From the NCBI RefSeq assembly GCF_963921235.1, contig NC_086097.1, positions 81,284,001 to 81,348,000 on the forward strand: DNA of 64,000 nucleotides. Reading direction: 5' to 3'. The notes under the pieces were generated by a model. The model had not been told where the DNA came from. It did no database searches and saw nothing but the letters and a program-made list of their open reading frames with translations. Shown here in pieces: positions 51,870 through 63,206 of this stretch. Position 1 is the first letter of the stretch. Each line of letters starts with the position of its first letter. The position numbers and the translations under genes are program-made. This stretch comes from Mobula hypostoma. Taxonomy: Eukaryota.

Positions 51870-54660
51870 AATAATTAGGAATAATATGGCATTTGAGCTG
51901 CACTTAGTCACACAGTACAAAGTGAGTAAAGCAGGGGGCTAAGCACACAGCCCTGTAGTGCATCTGTACTGATGGTGATTATAAAGGTGTTGTTGCAAAT
52001 CCATTCTGACCAGGAAATCGAGGATCCAATTGCACAGGAAGGAATCAGGACCCAGGCCTTGTTACCTAGTGTTGAGATTCCAGGGGATTATTATGTTGAA
52101 TGCTGAGGTTTAGTCAATGAAGAACATGTTGATGCCTGCAACTTCATTGTCCAGGTGTTCCTGAGCTGAGTGAAGAGCCAAGGAAATGGCATCTGCTCTT
52201 GACCTGTTGTGTCAGTAGGTAAATTGGAACAAATCCAGGTCACTCTTCAGGCAGGAGTTAAAGTGCTTCATGATCATCACAGTGGATGTAAGTGCTGATG
52301 GACGATAGTTATTGAGGGAGGTGACCCATGTTCTTAGGCACTGGTATGATTGACAGCTGTTTGAAGCAGATGGGTACATCAGAATGCCAAAGTGAAGGTT
52401 TGTACACAATAAAGATGCCTGTACACACTCCAGCAGGGTGATTAGCACAAGTCTTCAATAATTGGCCGGTTGCTTTCTGTGTGTTCCCTCCTCAAAGGAC
52501 GGTCTCATGTTGGCCTCAGGAATGAAATCACAGGTCTTCAGAGGCTTTAGGGGCTCATGAAGATGCTACCATGTTCTATTTGTCAGAATGAGTATAAAAA
52601 GCATTGAGCTAATCAGAGAGCGAAACATTGTTGTCATTTATACTGTTTTGTAGGAAATGATGGTATTTAAGCCCTGCCATAGCTGTCCAGCATCCCTTCA
52701 TGATTCAAGTTTGGTCCAAAATTGCCACATTGCGCGTGAGCTGGCTTCCCGAATTCATACCCGGATCACCAGTCCTGAATGCTGCCAATCTAGCCCTTAG
52801 CCTATTTCTAAGAATCTTTTGGTTCATCCAGAGCTTCTGGTTGAGGAAGACTGAATGATTTTAATCGGGACACGCTCACCCACGGGTGTCTTTATGAAGT
52901 CTGTGACAGCCATAGTGTATTCATTCAAGTCCCCTGATAAGTCTTTGAACATGGCACAGTCCACCATCGTTTGGCATGCCCATAGCTGCCCCTCTGCCTC
53001 CTGTGGCCATCTCTTTGTTCTCCATACATCTGGTGCCTTGCTCTTTAGTCTCTGCCTATGCAGGTAGGAGTAGGACAGCCTGATGGTCGGATTTCCCTAA
53101 ATGCAGTCGAGGGATAGAACAGCAGGCATCCTTGATGGTAAGGTAGCAGTGGTCGAGTGCACTGGATCCTCTAGTGCTGCAGGTGATGTGATGATCCACC
53201 ACTCAATTGTCCAATCCCTCTTGCTCTTGCGTGCCTCCTCTTGCATCTGAGATTCCAGCAGCATCAGTGGTGTTACTGCTGAATTTGTAGCTGCCTTAGA
53301 GCCGTGTCTAGCCACAGAATCATGAGTGTAGAGAGAGTAGAGTAATGGGTCAGCATGCATCCCTGGGGTCACCTACGTTGTTTATCAGCAAGGAGACGTA
53401 ATTTCAAATCTGCACTGATTGTCATGTAATTAACAGGAAGTTGAAGGTCCAGTTGTAGAGGAAGATAGGGGCCTGTTTTTGAAACTTGTTGATTAGTATT
53501 GAGGGGAAGGTGGTGTTGAACAGCAGTGTGACAAAGGTTCTTCTGTTGGCGAAGTGGTCCAATGCTGACATGAGAGTTAGTGAGGTTGTGTCCACTTTAG
53601 ACGTGTTGAGGCAGCAGGCAAACTGCAGTGGGTCCAGGTCCTTCCACAAGCCAAAGTTAATACTAGCCAGGATCAACCTCTCAGTAGATATGAGTGCAAC
53701 CAGGTAGATTATAATCATTGAGGCAGATCACCCTGTTCCTCTTGGGTACCAGTATGATCGATGCCCTTTTGAATCAGGTGGTCAACTGGAGCAGTGAGAG
53801 GTTGAAGATTTCCCTGAACACTCCAGCCTGTTGGTTGGCTCAGGTCCTCAGCACCTTGCTTGGTATACCTCCGGGGTCTCACGTCTGGTAAGGGTTCAAC
53901 CTTTTGAAGGATGTTCTGGTGCCAGTCTCTGTGACAGAGATTGCAGGGTCATCAGAAGCTGCAGGGATTCCCCAGTGTAGTTTTATTCTCCCTTTCAGAG
54001 TGAACATAAACATCACTGCCTTCATCAGACAGGGAAGCTTCATAGTCATTTATGCTGTTAGTTTTTGCCTTATAGGAAATAATGGCATGCAAACCTTGCC
54101 ACACCTGCTGTGCATACAATTGAGTCTAGCTTCACACGGAATTGCCTTTTTGCTCTCACAATGGCCTCCTGTAAATTGGACTTGTTGTAGGGTTCTGGTA
54201 CACTGGCCTTGAACACAACAGATCTAGCTCTCAGCAGACTGCAAATTCCCTGGGTCAACCCCAGCTTCTGGTGTGGGTATGTCCAGTATGTTCTTGAAAG
54301 TACACACTTTTCCACAAAGATCTTGATGGAGTCAGTGACAACTGTAGCTTATTTACTGACATCCAAATCTGAATCCCCAATATGTTACAATCCACTAATT
54401 AAAAGTAGACCTGTAAGTGCTCCTCCACTTCCATTGACCATACCTTCTTGGCCCTCACCACTGGTACTGCAGTACCTCAGGCTTTGCCTACATGCTGGGT
54501 GAAGTAGTTCAGACAGGTGATCACCCTTGACAATGTGCGGGTGTGGGATGGTATGGTAGGCATTCTTGATGATGGTGTAACAGTGATCAAAAGTGTTGGC
54601 TCCTCTGGTTCCACAAGTGGCATGTTGTTGTTCTAGTTTGTCAAAGACTTCTTCAAGCTG
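51870..54660 (-). mobile_element. Cluster of degenerate Rex1/Babar LINE fragments (EN and RT)
   Basis: [37 protein letters not shown] remnants. The EN part continues at 55386-55470 (VGDFNTASLKK). Confidence 0.7.
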
Positions 54661-55385
54661 AGCAACACACACAAAATGTTGGAGGAACTCAGCAGGCTAG
54701 GTACTATCTAGGAAAAGAGTACAGTCGATGTTTCGGGCTGAAACCTTCGGCGGGACTGAAGAAAAAAAGCTAAGGAGTAGATTTACAAGGTGGGGGGAAT
54801 GGGGAAAAAGAATCACAAGGTGATAGGTGAAACCTGGAGGGGGAAGGGTGAAGTAAAGAGCTAGGAAATTGTTTGGTGAAAGAGACAGAAGGCCATGGAA
54901 GAAAGAAAAGGAGTGGGGGGAGAAGCACCAGAGGGAAGTGATGGGCAGATAAGGAGATAAGGTGAGAGAGGGGAAGGGGGATGGGAAATGGTGAAGGTGA
55001 GAGGGGAGTGGTGGGCATAACCAGAAGTCTGAAAAATTAATGTTCATGCCATCAGGCTGGAAGCTACCCAAACAGAATATAAAGTGTTATTCCTCTAACC
55101 GAAGTGTGGCCTCATCACAACAGTGGAAGAGGCCATGGATAGATGTATTGGAAAGGAATGGGAAGTAGAATTAAAATGGGTGGCCACTGGGAGATCCTGC
55201 TTTTTCTGGCTGATATAGATGCTCGGCAAAGCGGTCTCCCAACCCATGTCGGGTCTCGCCGATATACAGGAGGCCACACCGGGAGCACCAAACACAGTAA
55301 ATGGCCCTAACAGACTCACAGGTGAATTGTCAACTCACCTGGAAGGACTGCTTAGGACCCTGAATGGTAGTTCAGGACCCCGAAT
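54661..55385 (-). mobile_element. 5'-truncated Penelope-like element (GIY-YIG C-terminus plus terminal region)
   Basis: QDLPVATHFNSTSHS and GSFQPDGMNINFS remnants; degenerate hammerhead at ~54723-54758. Duplicated flank acttcttcaagctg (54647-54660, 55386-55399). Confidence 0.82.
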
Positions 55386-55479
55386 ACTTCTTCAAGCTGG
55401 CGGTGTTGAAATCCCCCACAACAATTGGGAAGGAAGATTGAGCTGTTTCCTGACTCCTGATCGCAGTGCTTAGCCCCTC

Positions 55480-57600
55480 CATAAGAACATAAGGAGCAAG
55501 AGTAGGCCATCTGGCCCATTGTACCTCTCTGCCATTTAATAAGATCATGGCTGATCTGGACATGGACTCTGATCAACCTACTTGCCTTTTTCCCATAACT
55601 CTTAAATCCCTGTAATGCAAAAATTCTATCCAACTGCACCTTAAGTACACTCAATGGGCTCTTTATTAGGTATCTCCAGTGCCTAATAAAGTGGCCACAG
55701 AGTGTATGTTCGTGTTCTTCTGCTGCCGCAGCCCATTTGCACACCATTGCTGTAAAACGTAGTTACTTGAATCACTGTTGCCTTCCTGTCAGCTTGAACC
55801 AGTCTGGCTATTTTCCTCTGCAATCTCTCATTCATAAGGTACTCTGGCCTCACTAGGTTTTTGTTTTTGTTTTTCACACAATTCTCTGTAAACTCTAAAT
55901 TCTGTTGTGCATGAAAATCCCAAGAAATCAGCAGTTTCTGAGAAATTGAAACCATCCCATCTGGCACCAACAAATATTCCATAGTTAAAGTCACTTAGAT
56001 CACATTTCTTCCCCCTTCTGATGCTTGGTCTGAACAACCGAATCTCTTGGCCATGTCTGCACGTTTTTATGCATTAATCAGCCACGTGACTGGCTGATTA
56101 GATATTTGCATTAATGAGCAGGTATACTGGTGTACCTAATAAAGTGGCCACTGAGTCTATATTTAATGAGGTAGCCTCCACTGGTTCTCTTGGCAAAAAA
56201 GTCCAGAGATTCACTACTCTCTGTGAAAAGCAGTTTCTTATCATCTTTGTCCTAAATCCATTCCCCTGAATCTTGAGGCTTTGTTGCCTAGTTCTTGTCT
56301 TCCATACCAGTATAAACAACTTTAATTGATCTTTATCTCTTCCATAATTTTGTAAACTTCAATAAGATCCCCTCTCATTCTTCTGAATTCCAGTGAGAGT
56401 CCCAGGAAATTCAGTCTTCATAGAACAATCACTAATTTCCAAAACCTCCTCTGCACCTCCAACAAAGCCAATATATCATCCCTTGGGAAGGAGACTAGAA
56501 CTGCATGTATTACTCCAGATATGGGCTTACTAGTACCTTGTATAATTGCAGCATAACCTCCCTGCTCTTAAATTAAATCCCTCTAGTAATGAAAGCCAAC
56601 ATTCCAATTGCCACCTTGATCATCCGTTGCACCTGAAAACTAACTCTCGCAATTCATTCACAAGTACCCCTAAGTCCCTCTGCACAACTGCATGCTGTAA
56701 TCTTTCACCATTTAAATAAGAATTTGATCTTCTATTTTCCCTTCCAAAGCCAATGATCTTGCATACTCCATCTGTCAGACTGTTGCTCACTCACTTAGCC
56801 TACAGTATCCATATCTCTCTGCGGACTCTCTGCCTTGTCTGTGCAATTTGCTTTCCACTCAATTTAGTGTCATCAGCAAATTTAGATCTGATACACTCAC
56901 TTCTCTCCTTCTCTCTTCCAAATTGTTGATGTATCTTGTTAACAGTTGCAGGCCCAGCACCCACCCCTGTTCACCACTGACCACCAACCAGAGGAACACA
57001 CAACTCTTTGCCTTCTATTGGTTAACCATTCCCCTCTGTCCATGCTAATACATTACCCCCAACTCTGTGCATCCTTATCTTATGGATGTCTTTTTATTGT
57101 GGCACCTTATTGAGAGCCTTCTGGAAATCCAAGTATACAACATTCACCTGTTCCCCTCTACCCACTGTATACATTATATCCCCAAAGAACTCGAGTAAGT
57201 TTCTTAAACAGAACCTGGTCTTCACCAGTCCATGCTGTGTGTGTTTGATCTATTCAGATATCTCACTATTTCTTCCTTAATCCATCTTCAAGCATTTTCT
57301 CAACTACAGATATTAAGCTCACTGGCCTATAGTTAAATACCTTTTGTCTACCTCCTTTTTTTAAAACAGTGGTGTGATATTTGTTGTCTTCCAATCCATC
57401 AGGACCTGTCCAGAGCCCAAAGAAGTTTGGTACATTATTACAAACATATCTGTTGTAACTTCTACCATTTCTTTCAATACTCTGGGATGCATCCTATCAG
57501 GATCAGAGGACTTGTCTACCTTTAAGCCCAACTAGTTTGCTCAGTACTACCTCTTCAATAACATCAATTGTACCAAGGTACTCACCTCCTATTGCATTTA
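55480..57600 (-). mobile_element. Degenerate CR1 LINE(s), RT to 3' tail
   Basis: Tail ataagaacataaggagcaagagtaggccat; RNCFSQRVVNLW and YLDFQKAL remnants. Interrupted by a MITE. Confidence 0.75.
55648..56157. mobile_element. Tc1/mariner-type MITE (same family as 5577-6114, opposite orientation)
   Basis: TIR-like cactcaatgggctctttattagg ... cctaataaagtggccactgagt with TA flanks. The interior is the reverse complement of 5577-6114. Confidence 0.8.
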
Positions 57601-57649
57601 TAACATCTCTCTTTAGCATGTCAGTGCCAACTTAACACTTGCCAAGATT

Positions 57650-58010
57650 TGGAATGTATACTGCCACCAGGATGACAGCAGAAAATTTTCTGACAGATAG
57701 AACGGACATCACTTGTCTGCCAGATGTTCGACACTGGAGGAACAGAATGGAGACATCTATCATCGCATTAAGGAAATGCTGCCATCTCTACCTTTATTTG
57801 ATGCCACTGCTTGGCCAATTTGGTGGAAGGTGTATACCTCAGGCTGGAGTGTTGTGTCCAGAATGCTGGGGGTGAACCATGCCTTTGGGAAACAAAGTAC
57901 ACAACAGTTTCTGATGTCCCTCTGGTCCTGCAATCTTGCTCTGAGGTCTTCAATTTTATGTTCCAGAGACCGTACATTAGCCTTGTGCATACTTGACCAT
58001 ACATTCAAGT
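57650..58010 (-). mobile_element. Rex1-type endonuclease N-terminal remnant
   Basis: ANVRSLEHKIEDLRARLQDQRDIRNCCVLCF..W in ORF 57760..58035. Confidence 0.7.
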
Positions 58011-58994
58011 TTGAGAAGGAGAGATTCATATTCAAAAAGGAAAATCATGAGGATAGGCAGGAGAGTGAAGTCAAAGATCAGCTCAGCATGACCTTACTAA
58101 ATGATGGCGCATCATCGAGTGGCATTATGTTCCATCCCTGCCCTTATTTCTTATAACAACATCATAAACAAATTTAAGCCTGAATCTTACAAGGAGATTC
58201 AAAACAAAGTAATGCAGAAACCAGATTCAAACAGTGCAGACTAGCTGAGGAATCAAATCAGCTTTAATGTAACATTGATGCAGGAGATGTTCAAAAGATT
58301 CAGGAGACAGTTGTGGAAGTCTAGTTGAGAAAAAATATTTCTTAATGCTTTGTTAAGATGCCACTGCACCGCACTTCTCTATGGCTGAGGCTGGATTTCA
58401 GTATCAGCAAGTGAGGGGCACAGGATCTACCACAGCTCCGTATTCCTTTATCTCCACTTAGAGTAAAGGTTCCTATTTTTTGACCAAAAGATCATGTTTT
58501 CAGGTGACATGTGAGTATCCATCTGCTGCTATTGATATTCACTGATATCATAACTCCCACAAACATTGACTTTGCCCACTCATCTGTGCTCACCTGTATG
58601 GTACCCTTTGTGATCTGCCTTACGAATATGCACCTTTACCACAGACAATCAGTTTCAATTTCAAAGACACTCTCAGTTGTGCAATAATGGGTGCCAAAAG
58701 TTCCATTGTGCTATCATTCATTAGGTGTAGCCTATTGTTCTTATGTTGGTTCTTTGAAAATACTACAGTTTAATGTCCAAACAATTGCACAACAACGCAG
58801 TTAAAGACAAAATCCATTTTGAAAGCTGAAATCTGACTTCACCATTTTAGACCTCCATTTATTCAATCTTTCTCCTCTTCCTGTGCTGATTGCTTGACGT
58901 ATTGCAATGAGTTCTACATTTCACATCAGCAACTCCCCTCACTGCAGCATCAATCTACCTATTGATTCCACATGTTTGCATCCAGAGCTTAAAG

Positions 58995-59410
58995 ATCAAA
59001 GTTCAAAGTAAAATTTATTATCAGAGTACATACAACCCTGAGATTCCTTTTCCTGTGGGCATACTTGGCAAATCTATAGAATAGTAACTATAGACAGGAT
59101 CAATGAAAGAGCAAGTTGAGCATAGAAGACAACAAACTGTGCAAATGCAAATACAAATAAATAGCAATAAATAACCAGAGTATGAAATAACAAGTGTCCT
59201 TAAAGAGAGATCATTGGTTGTGGGAACATCTCAATTGATTAGCGTAGTATGCTCTTATTCAAGACCCTGATGGCTGAGGGGCAGTAACTGTTCTTGGACC
59301 TGGTGGTGCTAGTCCTGAGGCACCTGTACATTCCACCTGATGGCAGCAGCGAGAAAAGAGCGAGGCCTGTGTGGTGAGTATCTTTGATGATGGATGCTGC
59401 TTTTCTTTGA
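58995..59410 (-). mobile_element. Rex1-type LINE 3' end
   Basis: Reverse complement of the tail type at ~18000-18510 (tcaaagttcaaagtaaaatttattatc). Confidence 0.7.
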
Positions 59411-59574
59411 CTAACTGAATAGTTACTTACAGTTTCATCAGCTCAGAGTCACACTTATTGTTTAGTTCAGCATATTCTACCTATAGATCACTGGACCTTA
59501 GTGATTGAATATGCTTCATGTTAAGCCCAACATCACTGACATTTTTCTCTGAGATTCTCTTCTCGAGTCATCAA

Positions 59575-60870
59575 GTCAGAGAAAAGTATAGCACAGGAGC
59601 AGGGCCTTCAGCCCATCTAGTCCATACTGAACCACTCCTCTCCATCTGCATGGGAACCATAGCTCTCCATAACCCTACCATCCATGTACCAATCTAAACT
59701 TCTTTTAAACTTTGAAATCTTATGCTGGCAGATCATTCAGCACTCTCACGGACATCTGAGTGAATAAGTTTCCCCTCATGTTCCCCTTAAATATTTCACC
59801 TTTCACCCTTAATCCGTGACCCCTGGTTGTAGTCCCACCTAATCTCAGTGGAAAAAGCCTGCTTGCATATATTCTATCTATACCCCTCATAATTTTGTAT
59901 ACTTCCATTAAATCTCCTCCAAATCTTCAATGTTCCAAGGAATACCATCCTAACCTATTCAACCTTTCCTTATAACTCATAAGATCATAGGATATAAGAG
60001 CGAAATTAGGCCATTTGGCCTACCTAGTCCACTCCACCATTTCATCATGGCTGATCTATCTTTCCTCTCAGCCCCAATCTCCTGCCAGCTCCCCACATCC
60101 CTTCATGCCCTGACTAATCAAGAAGCGTCAACCTCTGCCTTAAATATACATAAAGACTTGCCTCCATGGCTGCCTGTGATAATGAATTGCACATATTCAC
60201 CACTCCCTCATCTCTATTCCTCCTCTTCTCTGTTCTGAAAGGTCGCCCCTCTATTCTGAGGCTGTGTACTCTGGTCCGAGACTCTCTACCATAGGAAACA
60301 TTCTCTCCACATCCACTCTATCAAGGCATTTCATCAGTTGATAGGTTTCAATTGGGTCACCCCTCATTCTTCTAAACTCAGGTCCTCCAGACCCGGCAAT
60401 ATCCGTGTAAATTTTCTCTGTATTCTTTCAACCTTATTTATATCTTTGCTGTCGATAGGTCACCAAAACTGCACACAATACTCCAAATTAGGCTTCACCA
60501 ATGTCTTACACAACTTAAACATAACATCCCCTTACCTGTACTCAATAATTTGAATTATGAAGGCCAATGTGCCAAAAGACTTCTTTACGACTTTATCTAC
60601 CTGTGATGCCACATTCAGTAAGTTATGGACCCATATTCCCAGATCCCTTTGTTCTACCATGTACCTCACTGCCCTACTGTTCACTGTGTAAGACCTACCC
60701 TGGTTGGTCCTACTGAAATGTAACACCTTGCACTTATCTGCATTGAATTGCACCTGCCATTTTCCAGCCTATTTTTCCATATGGTCCGGATGCCACTGCA
60801 AGCCATGATAACCTTCCTTGCTACCACTACACCCCAACCTTGGTGTCATCCTCAAATATGCTGATCCAGT
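59575..60870 (-). mobile_element. CR1 LINE 3' fragments (continues at 62957-63206 after the Penelope insertion)
   Basis: EVYKIMRGIDR..TRGH and QFNADKCKVLHF; downstream VTSGVLQRSVLG and DFSKAL remnants. Confidence 0.8.
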
Positions 60871-60985
60871 TAACTACATTATAACGTAAACAACAGGAAT
60901 TCTGCAGATGCTGGAAATTCAAGCAACATACATCAAAGTTGCTGGTGAACGCAGCAGGCCAAGCAGCATCTATAAGAAGAGGCGC

Positions 60986-61021
60986 AGTCGACGTTTCAGG
61001 CCGAGACCCTTCGTCAGGACT
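60986..61021 (-). ncRNA. Minimal type-I hammerhead ribozyme motif (left arm)
   Basis: Reverse complement reads agtc-CTGACGA-agggtctcggcct-GAAA-cgtc-gact. Confidence 0.7.
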
Positions 61022-61312
61022 AACTGAAGGAAGAGTGAGTAAGGGATTTGAAAGCTGGAGGGGGAGGGGGAGATGAAAAATGATAGGAGAAGACAGGAGG
61101 GGGAGGGATAGAGCCGAGAGCTGGACAGGTGATAGGCAAAAGGGGATACGAGAGGATCATGGGACAGGAGGCCTAGGGAGAAAGACGGGGGGGGTGACCC
61201 AGAGGATGGGCAAGAGGTATATTCAGAGGGACAGAGGGAGAAAAAGGAGAGTGAGAGAAAGAATGTGTGCATAAAAAGGAGTAACAGCTGGGGTACGAGG
61301 GGGAGGTGGGGC

Positions 61313-62242
61313 CTAGCGGAAGTTAGAGAAGTCAATGTTCACGCCATCAGGTTGGAGGCTACCCAGACGGAATATAAGGTGTTGTTCCTCCAACCTGAGT
61401 GTGGCTTCATCTTTACAGTAGAGGAGGCCGTGGATAGACATGTCAGAATGGGAATGGGATGTGGAATTAAAATGTGTGGCCACTGGGAGATCCTGCTTTC
61501 TCTGGCGGACAGAGCGTAGATGTTCAGCAAAGCGGTCTCCCAGTCTGCGTCGGGTCTCACCAATATATAAAAGGCCACATCGGGAGCACCGGACGCAGTA
61601 TATCACCCCAGTCGACTCACAGGTGAAGTGATGCCTCATCTGGAAGGACTGTTTGGGGCCCTGAATGGTGGTAAGGGAGGAAGTGTAAGGGCATGTGTAG
61701 CACTTGTTCCGCTTACACGGATAAGTGCCAGGAGGGAGATCAGAGGGGAGGGATGGGGAGGACGAATGGACAAGGGAGTTGTGTAGGGAGCGATCCCTGC
61801 GGAATGCAGAGAGAGGGGGGGAGGGAAAGATGTGCTTAGTGGTGGGATCCCGTTGGAGGTGGCGGAAGTTACGGAGAATAATATGTTGGACCCGGAGGCT
61901 GGTGGGGTGGTAGGTGAGGACCAGGGGAACCCTATTCCAAGTGGGGTGGTGGGAGGATGGAGTGAGAGCAGATGTACGTGAAATGGAGGAGATGTGTTTA
62001 AGAGCAGAGTTGATAGTGGAGGAAGGGAAGCTCCTTTCTTTAAAAAATGAAGACATCTCCCTCGTCCTAGAATGAAAAGCCTCATCCTGAGAGCAGATGC
62101 GGCGGAGACGGAGGAATTGCGAGAAGGAGATGGCGTTTTTGCAAGAGACAGGGTGAGAAGAGGAATAGTCCAGATAGCTGTGAGAGTCAGTAGGCTTATA
62201 GTAGATATCAGTGGATAAGCTGTCTCCAGAGACAGAGACAGA
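61313..62242 (-). pseudogene. Penelope ORF C-terminal part: RT thumb, CCHH-type linker and GIY-YIG endonuclease (5'-truncated)
   Basis: TDIYYKPTDSHSYLDYSSSHP, SQFLRLRRICS, CKRNKCYTC, GVIYCVRCSRCGLLYIGETRRRLGDRFAEH and PDGVNIDF*. The RT catalytic core is absent. Confidence 0.9.
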
Positions 62243-62847
62243 CACCTGTGAGTCGACTGGGGTGATATACTGCATTCGGTGCTCCCGATGTGGCCTTTTA
62301 TATATTGGTGAGACCCGACGCAGACTGGGAGACCGCTTTGCTGAACATCTACACTCTGTCCGCCAGAGAAAGCAGGATCTCCCAGTGGCCACACATTTTA
62401 ATTCCACATCCCATTCCCATTCTGACATGTCTATCCACGGCCTTCTCTACTGTAAAGATGAAGCCACACTCAGGTTGGAGGAACAACACCTTATATTCCG
62501 TCTGGGTAGCCTCCAACCTGATGGCATGAACATTGACTTCTCTAACTTCCGCTAGGCCCCACCTCCCCCTCGTACCCCAGCTGTTACTCCTTTTTATGCA
62601 CACATTCTTTCTCTCACTCTCCTTTTTCTCCCTCTGTCCCTCTGAATATACCTCTTGCCCATCCTCTGGGTCACCCCCCCCCGTCTTTCTCCCTAGGCCT
62701 CCTGTCCCATGATCCTCTCGTATCCCCTTTTGCCTATCACCTGTCCAGCTCTCGGCTCTATCCCTCCCCCTCCTGTCTTCTCCTATCATTTTGCATCTCC
62801 CCCTCCCCCTCCAGCTTTCAAATCCCTTACTCACTCTTCCTTCAGTT

Positions 62848-62883
62848 AGTCCTGACGAAGGGTCTCGGCCTGAAACGTCGACT
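62848..62883 (+). ncRNA. Minimal type-I hammerhead ribozyme motif (right arm)
   Basis: agtc-CTGACGA-agg(gtctcgg)cct-GAAA-cgtc-gact; predicted cleavage after GTC at 62879. Confidence 0.7.
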
Positions 62884-63206
62884 GCGCCTCTTCCTATAGA
62901 TGCTGCTTGGCCTGCTGCGTTCACCAGCAACTTTGATGTATGTAACTACATTATAATCCAGTTTGCTGATGTAGGTGACAAACAACAACAGACCCAGCAC
63001 TGATCGCTGAAGCACTCCACTGGTCACAGGATTCCAGTCAGAGAAGCAACCATCTGCTGCCATTCTCATGTTTCTCCTGTAAAGCCAATGTCTAATCTAA
63101 TTAACTCCTCATCTTGAATATCAAACGACTCAACCTTCTTGACCAACCTGCCATTCAGGGCCTTGCTAAAGTCCCTGCAGACAACATCCACTTTCCTGGT
63201 AACTTC

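Larger units (their letters stand above)
60885..62942 (-). mobile_element. Fold-back (5'-inverted) Penelope-like retroelement, young
   Basis: 14-bp TSD taactacattataa (60871-60884, 62943-62956) and inverted arms 60926-61625 / 62243-62943. Uninterrupted RT-thumb, linker and GIY-YIG frame. Confidence 0.93.

Noticed and set aside
61636..62930. Long ORFs 61636..62394 and 62349..62930
   Set aside because: Alternative-frame or antisense readings of the Penelope element and its purine-rich terminal region.
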